This document shows, piece by piece, positions 9,987 to 23,886 of a stretch of 64,000 nt of DNA. Position 1 is the stretch's first letter. Each line of letters opens with the position of its first letter. The DNA comes from Patescibacteria group bacterium (GTDB lineage: Bacteria; Patescibacteriota; Patescibacteriia; JAHIZJ01), in assembly GCA_028714495.1 (NCBI GenBank), contig JAQTMH010000003.1, positions 8,496 through 72,495 on the forward strand, in the 5' to 3' direction. Under the pieces are notes generated by a model, which saw only the letters and a list, made by a program, of their open reading frames with translations, did not search any database and was not told the DNA's origin. The position numbers were made by a program, and so were the translations under genes.

Positions 9987-11072
9987 TCATATCTTCCTCA
10001 CAATCCCCTTATTTGCGTCCACCCCTACCCGGTCGCCATTCTTCAGCACCGTGGTCGCAATTTTTGTCCCGACAATCGTTGGAATTTTGAATTCTCTGGC
10101 GACAATCGCCGCGTGGCATGTTAACCCGCCCTCGTCGGTGATGATCGCTTTGGCATTGCGCAGATACTGGGAAAACCGAACCGTCGTCATCGGCGTTACG
10201 ATCACGTATCGCCCGCGAAGTTTTTTCAGATCTCGAAGTGTTCTGACCACCCGGGCAATGCCAATGACAGGCTTCAGCGCTGCGTACGCGGTTTGGCCAT
10301 GGAGAGCTACAGCATTGTTGCTTTCCCTGCCCGGTACTTCACGCTTGACTTGTTTCTGTATTTGTTTCGCGCGCTGGCCAATAAACAATTGTATTTTCCC
10401 GCCAACGGCTTGCAATGCATACAGACGGTAGCGCTTTTCAAGCTCTGACGCTGAAACCACCGGCCTGTTCCGGCGCAACGACTCAACCAATTCCTGGCAA
10501 TTCATAAACATGACTCGCTTTTTTTCTATCCCCAGCATGACACTCAGTGACGCTGCAAACGCCGGGATGACGACATCGTCAACCCAGGTTAATATCTTGC
10601 CACAATAATCTTTGGTGTAGCCGCAATCAGCGATTGTTGCGCGCGTAAAGGTATGGCGATGCGTATCGACGAGCGTGGGAAACCGGTAGACCGAATACAT
10701 TTCTCGGTAGGAGCGATAAAAATCCCCCAGCAACACGGCCAATGCTTTTGTCTCAAGATGTCTGCCTAACGCCCTGTTTATCCGGCCGATCTGAATGACA
10801 TTCCGCGCAAAAATCTTACGTATTTTGCCATTGATTCGACGGACAGCCGTGTCGTCTGATCGATCGAGAAAAGTTTGGAACGAACGTGAATCGCGTTCCG
10901 AAAAATAACTTTTTTCAATATCCTTTTCAGAAATAAAAAGCTGGTCGCGATAGCCCCAGCCGAGCGCTTTCTTCATATCGCGGACATACCCCTCAAGACC
11001 GAGACTCAGAATGAAATACGGAAAACCTTCCCGGGTAAAGACGGGGGTCCATTGTATGTTTTTATTTCCCAT
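9987..11072 (-). CDS. PEP-utilizer mobile domain protein, paralog 3 (shorter)
   Basis: C-terminal TDEGGLTCHAAIVAREF...VDANKG. Confidence 0.85.
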   Translation of the reverse strand: MGNKNIQWTPVFTREGFPYFILSLGLEGYVRDMKKALGWGYRDQLFISEKDIEKSYFSERDSRSFQTFLDRSDDTAVRRINGKIRKIFARNVIQIGRINRALGRHLETKALAVLLGDFYRSYREMYSVYRFPTLVDTHRHTFTRATIADCGYTKDYCGKILTWVDDVVIPAFAASLSVMLGIEKKRVMFMNCQELVESLRRNRPVVSASELEKRYRLYALQAVGGKIQLFIGQRAKQIQKQVKREVPGRESNNAVALHGQTAYAALKPVIGIARVVRTLRDLKKLRGRYVIVTPMTTVRFSQYLRNAKAIITDEGGLTCHAAIVAREFKIPTIVGTKIATTVLKNGDRVGVDANKGIVRKI

Positions 11073-12486
11073 GCGTCCCGATCCAATTAAATTCCTCGCC
11101 CATCATGTCCATCGGACGTAAGCCGAGGTTTTTTCGTTCAGCGGCCGGAACATAGCTTTCATAGATTTCGAGAAGGGCGGGCTGAAGCAAATCCTTGTAT
11201 TTCATTGCTAATAGATGTTCAAGATAATCACGCGTCAGGCCGCCATCATAGATCACGTCAAAGGCGTATTGATTTATAATCGCGTTTTGCGCGTCACGGG
11301 CATAGGTCGCAATCGTGCCGCCAATCAATCCTTTTGTATCAATCGATTGTATTCTGGCGCATTCATCGGGCGCGTCAGTTAATACGGACAGCCAGGTTTC
11401 TTTCATCCGAGTAATATAATTGCAGGAACCGTGTCCAACCAGCGGCCGCACGCCCAGCCAAAACGTCAGATAGCCGAAAATGACAAATAAATTCGGGATA
11501 ATCGCGCCATCCGCAAGGCTTTTTATTACCTCAGCCGAATTGCCTAAATCAAGCTCAAACCGACCGTCAGTTGAACACAGGATCGTACCCCGCAGAAACA
11601 TGGGCTTGGCCTCGTTTTTCGCATCGCGATACCAGAAGAAGTGAGTACCCTTACCCTTCGCTTCGTTCCAACAACCGGTCAGGTCTTCAAAGGCGGCCAA
11701 AATACGAGCGCGAAAATCAGTATTGAAAAGACTGCGGCTCAGGATATTGTCCTCGGCCAATATCGACGGCAGAATCGTCCGCATAATATCTTCCTGGGTA
11801 ACATACAGTAAGTCGGGTATCGTCTCCCGGATCGACTTGTGAAATAGTTTTTTCCACAAAAACGCGTTGATGATTGCTATTTGGTCGTTGTAGCTTTTGG
11901 TCTGGGAAAAATCCAGTCCGCCTATCTCCTGTTCTATGGCTTTCAAAAAATCCTGTTCCTCGCCGGTAAAATCTTTCCAGCTGTCGGTCTTTCGCAAATT
12001 CTCGGTGAAATTAAAATCGCGCCGGCCGATAAAACAGCTGGCTTGATGCATTTCCTTATTCGAAAAAAGTGGCACGCGCTTGCCGTGGAGCTGAAACCCC
12101 TTACGATTGAAAAAATTGTTCGGTGGAACTACTGAACTTGTTAGTACGACGATCGGCTGTCGGTCGCCCGTGAGCAGGCGGTGGGCATTGGCGACAAGGT
12201 TCGTAGCGAGCAGTATTGGGTGGTTGAGGATGGAATGATGGTCGACAATATTGAGGCTCAGCGGCGGAGTAACGCATTCCTGGCGCTGAAAAACGCGCGC
12301 CAGATACTCAGCAATCGTTCGAGCCAAAAACCCTTGGCGTTGCGTATGGACCGAGTCGGCCGTATAGGTGAAGAGCGTATGTGAAAACTCAGTAATTGTA
12401 TCGTTGCAGTCAAAATATTCCGCCACCACCGGGGCGTATTTCCGTATACCGTTTTTCAGTATTTCGATGTTTTTTGAGTCAGGCAT
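11062..12486 (-). CDS. Hypothetical 474-aa protein
   Basis: Long ORF coupled to its neighbours; VDHHSILNHP and GTHFFW motifs; family not recognised. Confidence 0.75.
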   Translation of the reverse strand: MPDSKNIEILKNGIRKYAPVVAEYFDCNDTITEFSHTLFTYTADSVHTQRQGFLARTIAEYLARVFQRQECVTPPLSLNIVDHHSILNHPILLATNLVANAHRLLTGDRQPIVVLTSSVVPPNNFFNRKGFQLHGKRVPLFSNKEMHQASCFIGRRDFNFTENLRKTDSWKDFTGEEQDFLKAIEQEIGGLDFSQTKSYNDQIAIINAFLWKKLFHKSIRETIPDLLYVTQEDIMRTILPSILAEDNILSRSLFNTDFRARILAAFEDLTGCWNEAKGKGTHFFWYRDAKNEAKPMFLRGTILCSTDGRFELDLGNSAEVIKSLADGAIIPNLFVIFGYLTFWLGVRPLVGHGSCNYITRMKETWLSVLTDAPDECARIQSIDTKGLIGGTIATYARDAQNAIINQYAFDVIYDGGLTRDYLEHLLAMKYKDLLQPALLEIYESYVPAAERKNLGLRPMDMMGEEFNWIGTHGK

Positions 12487-12491
12487 AGTGG

Positions 12492-13058
12492 CTACTTCAC
12501 AAGATCGCCCAAGCCGATATCTTTTAATACGTCGTCGATCTTTGCATATAGCTCATCAAACGATCCGTTATTATCTATCACAAAATCAGCCATGGTCATG
12601 CATCGGCTGATATTCGGCTTTGTCGGATCAGTGGAATTCATTTCACGCTGTTCGTTTTCCACAAACTCCTCAAAATTTACGGCATCGGTTTCACTGTTAC
12701 GTTTTTTTATCCTCTCAAATCGAATTTTCAATTCCGCGTCAACAGCCAAAAGGTAAAATCTGTCTTTGTTTTTTAGGGCCTCAACTTCTCCGGGAGCGCG
12801 CAGGCTTTCAATAACGCAATTACCGCCGGCTTTTTCGGCTTCTTTATACAGCTCTTCGGCGATATAGCTTGGCGAATATTTTTTCCTCAGGTCATTCGCC
12901 ACCATCACCATGCTGTCGCGATTTTCCGGCAGACCCAGCTTTCTTATTTGCTTAAGCAAAAATTCCCTGACTGAGTAATGTTTATACCCTTTCTTTTTCA
13001 GGTATTCAACCACCGTGCCCTTGCCCGCTCCCAGTGTGCCGGTGATTCCGATGATCAT
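12492..13058 (-). CDS. P-loop NMP kinase-like protein (dephospho-CoA kinase/UPF0200-like)
   Basis: MIIGITGTLGAGKGT, IESLR..E and AD..IDN motifs; coupled to dCMP deaminase. Confidence 0.8.
   Translation of the reverse strand: MIIGITGTLGAGKGTVVEYLKKKGYKHYSVREFLLKQIRKLGLPENRDSMVMVANDLRKKYSPSYIAEELYKEAEKAGGNCVIESLRAPGEVEALKNKDRFYLLAVDAELKIRFERIKKRNSETDAVNFEEFVENEQREMNSTDPTKPNISRCMTMADFVIDNNGSFDELYAKIDDVLKDIGLGDLVK
12547..12653. repeat. 107-bp direct repeat, copy B
   Basis: Matches 9845-9951 with 5 mismatches. Confidence 0.9.
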
Positions 13059-13591
13059 TTTACATCCTTCATTACTACGTCGCCTTCGGGAGCTATCGTT
13101 TCCTCAACTTCATCCTCAAAAATTTCCCTGACCAAGGCGTTCCATTCGGAATTATCTTTGTACAGATCCACCCGCAGACCGGCGGCTCTCAAATAATCTG
13201 CTGATTTCGTGTTGCGATAAACTTTCGCGTAAACTACCCTTTTTATACCGGCAGCCACAACGTATTTGCAGCAATGGATGCAGGGCAGAAACTTCACATA
13301 CAATGTTGATCCTTCGGTGCTGGCTCCTGGTATGACCGCGGCCTGCAGAATGGTATTGTGCTCGGCGTGAATGGTCCTGACACAGTGACCTTCTTCCATT
13401 AAATGTCCCACCTCATCGCAATGCGGCAATCCTGGAGGAGAACCATTGTAACCGGTCGAGATAATCCTATTGTTTTTCACTAATACGGCGCCGCCTCTCA
13501 ATCGATCGCAAGTCCCTCTGGTGGCCACAATCCTGGCTAGAGCCATAAAATAGTCATCCCAAGTCGGGCGATAATACTTTGACTTTGCCAT
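13055..13591 (-). CDS. dCMP deaminase (ComEB family)
   Basis: RPTWDDYFM, TGYNG, HAEHN and PCIHC zinc motifs. Confidence 0.92.
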   Translation of the reverse strand: MAKSKYYRPTWDDYFMALARIVATRGTCDRLRGGAVLVKNNRIISTGYNGSPPGLPHCDEVGHLMEEGHCVRTIHAEHNTILQAAVIPGASTEGSTLYVKFLPCIHCCKYVVAAGIKRVVYAKVYRNTKSADYLRAAGLRVDLYKDNSEWNALVREIFEDEVEETIAPEGDVVMKDVK

Positions 13592-13600
13592 AATATTAAT

Positions 13601-14281
13601 TTAAATGATAATTCTAATTCCCGGACCCATGGTGGAAGTCAGGGTAACATTGCGGACGTAAATTCCTTTCGAACCGTCAGGCTTGACCCGGCGAATCGCG
13701 TCAATGAAAGCCTTGGCGTTATCAGCCAGCATTTTCGCCTCGAATGAAGCCTTGCCGATAATTTGATGGACATTGCCGGTTTCATCGGAACGAAACGCCA
13801 CTTTACCGCTCTGCAAATCTTTGATCGTTTTCGCGACATCATTCGTCACGGTTTCATTTTTGGGGTTTGGCATTAAGCCTTTGGTTCCCAAGATCTTGGC
13901 AATCGGACCGAGCTTGCGCATCATTTCGGGTGTGGCCAGAGCCAAATCGAATTTCGTCTTCTCAGTGGTTTTTATCTCTTTGATCAGCTCTTCACCGCCG
14001 ACAATCGAAGCCCCGGCGTCTTTTGCCTTTGCCTGGTCGCTGTCATTAGCAAAAACTGCGATTACCAGCTTCCGGCCCGTGGGATGAGGCAATTGGGCCG
14101 TGGCGCGCACTTGCTGATCGGCTTTTTTTACGTCGATACCCAGACGGATATGCATCTCAATAGACTCGTCAAATTTTGCCGTGGAGCATTTCTTGACGAG
14201 TTCGATAGCTTCAGCCAGCGGATAGACCTTGTTTTTCTCAACACCATCCTTAACTGACCGATAGCGCTTACTCTTTTTCAT
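13601..14281 (-). CDS. rplA: 50S ribosomal protein L1
   Basis: KFDESIE, LGTKGLMPNPK, STMGPG. Confidence 0.97.
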   Translation of the reverse strand: MKKSKRYRSVKDGVEKNKVYPLAEAIELVKKCSTAKFDESIEMHIRLGIDVKKADQQVRATAQLPHPTGRKLVIAVFANDSDQAKAKDAGASIVGGEELIKEIKTTEKTKFDLALATPEMMRKLGPIAKILGTKGLMPNPKNETVTNDVAKTIKDLQSGKVAFRSDETGNVHQIIGKASFEAKMLADNAKAFIDAIRRVKPDGSKGIYVRNVTLTSTMGPGIRIII

Positions 14282-14295
14282 TGTTTATCCCCTTC

Positions 14296-14336
14296 GTGGT
14301 TCAAGCGACTTCTCGACTTTGCCCGAAGTCTCCCAC
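14296..14336 (-). promoter_or_regulatory. Probable L1-binding autoregulatory leader
   Basis: GTGGGAG...hairpin...TTGAACCAC between rplK and rplA, resembling the L1 mRNA target. Confidence 0.6.
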
Positions 14337-14355
14337 CTAGGTAAATTATTATTTA

Positions 14356-14778
14356 TCATTCAATGGTTATGCCCATGTTCCGAGCCGTACCTTCGATTAT
14401 CTTCATGGCTCCAGCGATGTCTTTGGCGTTCAAATCCGACATCTTCTTCTCGGCAATCTCTTTTATCTGCTGGCGCGTCACCTTGCCCACTTTGGTCCGA
14501 AGCGAATCGCCTGACCCCTTTTCTATGCCCGCCGCCTTTTTCAATAAGACCGCGGCCGGAGACGTCTTGCAGATAAACGCAAACGTCCGGTCCAGATAAA
14601 CCGTAATTTCAACCGGCACAATGTCATTGCCCAGACTACTGGTTTGAGCATTGAAGCGCGTGCAAAAATCCTGGATATTTAAGCCGTGCTGGCCCAGAGC
14701 CGGGCCGATTGGCGGCGCCGGAGTCGCTTTGCCGGCCGGAATTTGAAGCTTAACTACTGTTTTTACTTTTTTCGCCAT
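14356..14778 (-). CDS. rplK: 50S ribosomal protein L11
   Basis: [23 protein letters not shown]. Confidence 0.98.
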   Translation of the reverse strand: MAKKVKTVVKLQIPAGKATPAPPIGPALGQHGLNIQDFCTRFNAQTSSLGNDIVPVEITVYLDRTFAFICKTSPAAVLLKKAAGIEKGSGDSLRTKVGKVTRQQIKEIAEKKMSDLNAKDIAGAMKIIEGTARNMGITIE

Positions 14779-14784
14779 ATGGTA

Positions 14785-15330
14785 TTAAATCTTTTTAATT
14801 TGGAGAAAGTCGAGTTCGATCGGCGTTTCGCGTCCGAACATTGAAACGAATATTTTAACCTTGCCGCGAGCTTCGTCAATTTCACTGACCTTGCCTTCAA
14901 AATCTTTGAACGGCCCGTCGATAATCCTGACCGGTGAATTCACGCTGACATCAATTTTATACTTTGGCTCTTCCACGCCCATGCGCTTCTGGAGCGATTT
15001 CACCTCGTTATCAGAAATCGGAGTGGGCGTAGTGCCGGAACCCACGAAGCCGGTGACATTGGGAGTATTTCGAACCACGTACCAAGAATCGTCAGTCACC
15101 ACCATCTCAATCAAGACATAGCCGGGAAAAATCTTTTCCGTGACGATTTTCCTCTTGCCGTTCCTGATTTTGATTTTTTTCTCGGTTGGGATTAAGACAT
15201 TAAAAATCTTATCCTCCATATCCATGGATTCGATTCTTTGCCTGAGATTGCGGGAGACGTTTTCCTCATAGCCCGAATAGGTGTGGAGGACATACCAGCG
15301 ACGACCTTGGGCGGCTGTTTGTTTCGGCAT
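14785..15330 (-). CDS. nusG: Transcription factor NusG
   Basis: WYVLHTYSGYE, FPGYVL, KOW domain, FGRETP. Confidence 0.98.
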   Translation of the reverse strand: MPKQTAAQGRRWYVLHTYSGYEENVSRNLRQRIESMDMEDKIFNVLIPTEKKIKIRNGKRKIVTEKIFPGYVLIEMVVTDDSWYVVRNTPNVTGFVGSGTTPTPISDNEVKSLQKRMGVEEPKYKIDVSVNSPVRIIDGPFKDFEGKVSEIDEARGKVKIFVSMFGRETPIELDFLQIKKI

Positions 15331-15339
15331 AGCTTATTC

Positions 15340-15543
15340 TTAAATTGTTCTTGACAAAAGTTTTTCCAAACCGATATTGAAAATAAAATCCAGGACACCC
15401 AAAAATATGGCCACCCCCAGGCTGATACCGATTACCAGGAGCGTGTTTCGCACCGTTTCCTGGCGGGTAGGCCAAACCACCCTTTTCATTTCCCGTCGAG
15501 AATCTTTGAGATAGCGAACAATTTTATTATTGGCAATATCCAT
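15340..15543 (-). CDS. secE: Preprotein translocase SecE
   Basis: EMKRVVWPT plus one TM; secE-nusG synteny. Confidence 0.95.
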   Translation of the reverse strand: MDIANNKIVRYLKDSRREMKRVVWPTRQETVRNTLLVIGISLGVAIFLGVLDFIFNIGLEKLLSRTI

Positions 15544-15658
15544 CGTGGTTTTTAAAATCCGCTTTCGGCGGACTTAGTTTCTAAGGCCATTATACAATAG
15601 GCTTTTCGCGGTCGTCAAGTTCAATTTACCCACAGGCCCACTACCGGCCAAAAAACGC

Positions 15659-16201
15659 CTACCAGCGCGATTCTTTCATTTTCAGAAAGAAACCGATATA
15701 GGAAACCGCGATATGGAAAAAAAATCCCAGGGCTAGCGTTACCAGCCAAATCCGCCAACTTAACGTAAAATAAAGGGCCGAGAACGCCAGACCGCCCAAG
15801 ACATAGTCAATCTGATCAAACGGCACCCAGGGCTGGCCGGGCAATACGCCGATCCGCCTTTTAACAAAGGCTCTGATTAAGTCTCCAAACAACGCTCCAA
15901 AACCAACCACAAATCCGTAATGCGACGGAATCGATGGATAATCAATCAGACTGAGATATTTAAACGACGGGATCTGGTAGATGGCCTGCTGGATTACAAA
16001 AGTGGCCCCTCCGGTCAGCGTGCCCAAAATAATTCCCCGCCAGGTTTTATGATCTCCAAACAGGGGCTGGCCACGAAACCTATGATTGTTATCGATTGGC
16101 CGAGCCAGCACGCTCAGCCTTCCTTTAAAAATTACCGGACTCATGTTCGCCACGCCAAACGGCAAAAGTAGCCAGCAGCATTGAAGAATAAATTGGACCA
16201 T
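15659..16201 (-). CDS. CDP-archaeol synthase (CarS/DUF46)-like protein
   Basis: ANMSP, PID, FGDHKTWRG, GDL..AFVKRR and DQID motifs. Confidence 0.85.
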   Translation of the reverse strand: MVQFILQCCWLLLPFGVANMSPVIFKGRLSVLARPIDNNHRFRGQPLFGDHKTWRGIILGTLTGGATFVIQQAIYQIPSFKYLSLIDYPSIPSHYGFVVGFGALFGDLIRAFVKRRIGVLPGQPWVPFDQIDYVLGGLAFSALYFTLSWRIWLVTLALGFFFHIAVSYIGFFLKMKESRW

Positions 16202-16203
16202 GG

Positions 16204-16653
16204 TTAGTTAAAATTTATTATCAAAAAATAAACTAGAAATACTAATCGGATAGGCAGAATAAAAGCAAACCTGCGCCAGTAGCTAACAATGGACAACAAA
16301 CAATTTAATATAAAAAAGCCAAACCAGGGAACGGGATAGTAAAGGAAAATAATTCCTTCAGACAAGCGATCTGCCACGATGTCAATGATCCAGCCTTTCC
16401 GGCTTGCCAGGCCATATTTTTTCGCGATTATTCCGTCAAACCAGTCACCCAGTAAATTAATTACCAAAAAAACTACGGCCAGCCAGATGATGTTTTGTTT
16501 GTAAAAAACCGCGAAGCCAAAAGCCGCCCCTACCGCCAAAGCGCTGATGAACGATGGATTGATCCTCGGCCAGGACAGATTTATCAGCCAACCATCAGTC
16601 AGCTTCCGCATGTTTATAACCCACTTCATTTTTGAGGGCGAATCTTTTTGCAC
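16204..16653 (-). CDS. CDP-alcohol phosphatidyltransferase family protein
   Basis: DWFDGIIAK...G..IDIVADR signature. Confidence 0.88.
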   Translation of the reverse strand: MQKDSPSKMKWVINMRKLTDGWLINLSWPRINPSFISALAVGAAFGFAVFYKQNIIWLAVVFLVINLLGDWFDGIIAKKYGLASRKGWIIDIVADRLSEGIIFLYYPVPWFGFFILNCLLSIVSYWRRFAFILPIRLVFLVYFLIINFN

Positions 16654-16721
16654 TTGCCACGTTTTATTAGGGTTGCTAAGATTAGATACTTTAACGTCCG
16701 GCTGGAAAGGAGGGATCGCCC

Positions 16722-17300
16722 ATGCTGTGGCTGAAGATTATCTCAGCTCTTTGGTGGGTGATCCAGAGATATATCTTTGGCCACCCCAAGCTCTTTGAAA
16801 AGCATATTGCCAGGGAACAATCAAAACTCGCTGGTCTGCCACCTACTGTCTGGGTTGGTGGGATCTGGATTTCGCTTTTGAAAACCTATCGATATGTCAT
16901 CGCGCCACCGAGGACCCAGTTGCCCACGCCAGTCATGATTGTTCAAAAGGAAGGCGTTCTTCAAGCCCGTTACTTCATCCGGGCTCCAGGCGTAGGGACC
17001 TTTTGGCATCTCAGGGAACAGGCAATTCGACCTAGGCCATATGAAGGCGTCGTTTACCGGTTTGGCAATGTCATCGGCGTGATGGTGGCCCTAAACCTTG
17101 AATGGCAGATCAAGCTGGATGTTGTTTGGCGCCTGACCGGCAGCGAGGACAATCCACGCTACCTAAAAGTGGAAGGTTTCTCAGCCGTCAGAATAATATC
17201 CGTACTGACGCCAAACGAGGGAATCATCGAATGGGGTCAGTCACTTTTTGAAGTCGCGCTGGTCGATAAAACAAGCCCTCCGGCACCATCCGCTCCTTAG
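16722..17300 (+). CDS. Hypothetical protein
   Basis: 192-aa ORF with AAGGAGG SD and a downstream hairpin plus T-run. Confidence 0.6.
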   Translation: MLWLKIISALWWVIQRYIFGHPKLFEKHIAREQSKLAGLPPTVWVGGIWISLLKTYRYVIAPPRTQLPTPVMIVQKEGVLQARYFIRAPGVGTFWHLREQAIRPRPYEGVVYRFGNVIGVMVALNLEWQIKLDVVWRLTGSEDNPRYLKVEGFSAVRIISVLTPNEGIIEWGQSLFEVALVDKTSPPAPSAP

Positions 17301-17335
17301 CACCGCTTTCTTGTCCAATCAAGGAGGCGGCTTTT

Positions 17336-21828
<4,493 letters not shown>

Positions 21829-21833
21829 GAATG

Positions 21834-22139
21834 TTATTTAACAACCATTAAAGCAATTAAAGTAACAAATAGCAGGAAGCCAATGAACATCTTGCCGATC
21901 AATTCCACTTTTTCATTTTGCTTTCTCGTCAATTCGGGATTGAGCTTTTTTCCAGCCGGACGAAACAGCATTAATATCCCTATCAATAAGCTGAAGATTA
22001 AATCAAACATCACCGATTGCCCAGTAAATATTTCGTCCATGGCATAATCAATACCAAGCGCCAGAATAAGAAACAAGATAATACCTATCAAAGCGTCAAA
22101 TAGCTTGCTCTCAATAATTTCTTTTAAACTTTTATTCAT
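21834..22139 (-). CDS. Small 3-TM hypothetical protein
   Basis: 101-aa hydrophobic ORF between pheS and pheT. Confidence 0.65.
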   Translation of the reverse strand: MNKSLKEIIESKLFDALIGIILFLILALGIDYAMDEIFTGQSVMFDLIFSLLIGILMLFRPAGKKLNPELTRKQNEKVELIGKMFIGFLLFVTLIALMVVK

Positions 22140-22456
22140 TTGATTATCAATTTACCGAGTAATTTATAAAGCAATAAACCGTACAAGATTGCCGCTAAAA
22201 TTATCTTGCCCATCAAATCATTCCGCGAACTGATGTTTGAAAGATGCCCGCCGCTCGCCCGTCCTTCCGATACCCGGCGGCCCTTAATGAAAAACATCAT
22301 TACAAAAATAGTGTAGCTAATCACCCCGACCATCGACCAAAGATCAATTTTCTCATCGACGACAAAATCCCAGCCTATTCCATAAAGAAAAATCAGAAGC
22401 GCGTAAACCACTATGTCGTAATTTTTGTCTCTGGCTTTTTTGTACCAATTATCCAT
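22136..22456 (-). CDS. Small 3-TM hypothetical protein
   Basis: 106-aa hydrophobic ORF, ATGA-coupled to the next gene. Confidence 0.65.
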   Translation of the reverse strand: MDNWYKKARDKNYDIVVYALLIFLYGIGWDFVVDEKIDLWSMVGVISYTIFVMMFFIKGRRVSEGRASGGHLSNISSRNDLMGKIILAAILYGLLLYKLLGKLIIK

Positions 22457-22465
22457 AAAATTTAC

Positions 22466-23506
22466 TTAAAATTGTCTTAAGAATCTTAGATCGCCCAAAT
22501 AAGACAAGCGGATATCCTTTACCCCATTTGACAGCATCATTAATCGGTCCAAACCGAGTCCAAAGGCAAAACCCGAGAACTTCTTAGAATCAACTCCCAT
22601 ATTCTTCAAAACTACCGGATGGACCAGGCCCGAACCGAGTATTTCCAGCCAACCGCGTTGACTGCACACTGAGCATCCCTGGCCGCCGCAAAGCTGGCAC
22701 CTGATATCAAAATCCAGGCCCGGTTCCACAAATGGGTAATACTCCGGTCTGACCCTGATCTTCACATTCTCACCGAAAATCCGCTTTAAAAATATCGACA
22801 GGGTGCCAATCAAATCCGTCACTTTCACGCCGGCGTCAATCACCAGGCCCTCGCACTGATAAAATGTTGATTCATGGGAAGAATCAGTTGCTTCATGACG
22901 AAAGACCCGGCCGGGCGCGATCAATCTGACGGGCGGCTGACGTTTAAGCATGGCTCTGATTTGAACTGGCGAGGTTTGGGTCCTGAGCAACAGCTGCTCC
23001 TTTTGTTCAAACGACTTATTTCCTTGCGCCGCCTTGATATAATACGTATCCCAGAGGTCCCGGGCCGGATGATCCTGGGGAATATTCAATAAATCAAAGT
23101 TGTATTTTGCCAATTCAATTTCTGGGCCGCTAACCACTTCGAAGCCCATTGATATAAAAATCGACTCTACCAATCTAATAAATTTTGTCAGCGGATGGTA
23201 ATGGCCCAGGGCCGGCATTATTCCCGGCAGTGTCCGATCAATCAATGTTTTATGGCCAGTCGGCGCTTTTAAACCCTGCCTCCTCGTTCTAATTCCTGAT
23301 TCGATGGCCTGACGAATCCGATTTGCCAAATTGCCTGTCTCACCTCGCTCCTGGACTGGCAGGTTTTTGATATTGCGAAGAAGATTTGTAAGTTTCGATT
23401 TGCGGCCGAGATATTCAATAAACAGACGCTCCAGCTCGGCTGAATCGCTGGCTCGCTCTATCTTTATCTTGGCCTCTTCGTAGATTGACTTAAGCTGGTC
23501 CTTCAT
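22466..23506 (-). CDS. pheS: Phenylalanine-tRNA ligase alpha subunit
   Basis: HPARD, LLRTQTS, PFVEP, GFAFGLGLDRL. Confidence 0.97.
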   Translation of the reverse strand: MKDQLKSIYEEAKIKIERASDSAELERLFIEYLGRKSKLTNLLRNIKNLPVQERGETGNLANRIRQAIESGIRTRRQGLKAPTGHKTLIDRTLPGIMPALGHYHPLTKFIRLVESIFISMGFEVVSGPEIELAKYNFDLLNIPQDHPARDLWDTYYIKAAQGNKSFEQKEQLLLRTQTSPVQIRAMLKRQPPVRLIAPGRVFRHEATDSSHESTFYQCEGLVIDAGVKVTDLIGTLSIFLKRIFGENVKIRVRPEYYPFVEPGLDFDIRCQLCGGQGCSVCSQRGWLEILGSGLVHPVVLKNMGVDSKKFSGFAFGLGLDRLMMLSNGVKDIRLSYLGDLRFLRQF

Positions 23507-23886
23507 GAATCACTGTCCTTTCTTGATAAAAAGAAAAATTCAAGGATTGATATTGAAACGATAAACAAAGCCGCGTTCCACCAAGTCAGTATTCTCAGCC
23601 CCTGAAGCGCCAGCGATCCGACCAGCAGCAATGAAAAAAGCAGAGCTTGCCGGAAGGAAATGCCCACGTGTTGAAAAACGATTTCCTTTCTGGAAAACCA
23701 AACCCGAAAAAAGAAACCCAGAAGCGAGAATGTTCCGATCAACGCGAAAAAAAGGCTTAAATAAAACAAAAATATCCCAATAAATTCAGTTTGGTCCGGG
23801 TCAATAAAAAACAGCACCGTGATCCAGCCAATCCAGCACAGAGTGGTTACGATCGACATCATTATAAGAAACTTCCTAAGAGACAT
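23503..23886 (-). CDS. Hypothetical 4-TM membrane protein
   Basis: 127 aa, SFRQA motif, coupled to pheS. Confidence 0.75.
   Translation of the reverse strand: MSLRKFLIMMSIVTTLCWIGWITVLFFIDPDQTEFIGIFLFYLSLFFALIGTFSLLGFFFRVWFSRKEIVFQHVGISFRQALLFSLLLVGSLALQGLRILTWWNAALFIVSISILEFFFLSRKDSDS

Noticed and set aside
9796-9990. 64-aa ORF as a real gene
   Set aside because: It is the duplicated kinase 3' end fused to a short unrelated lead-in
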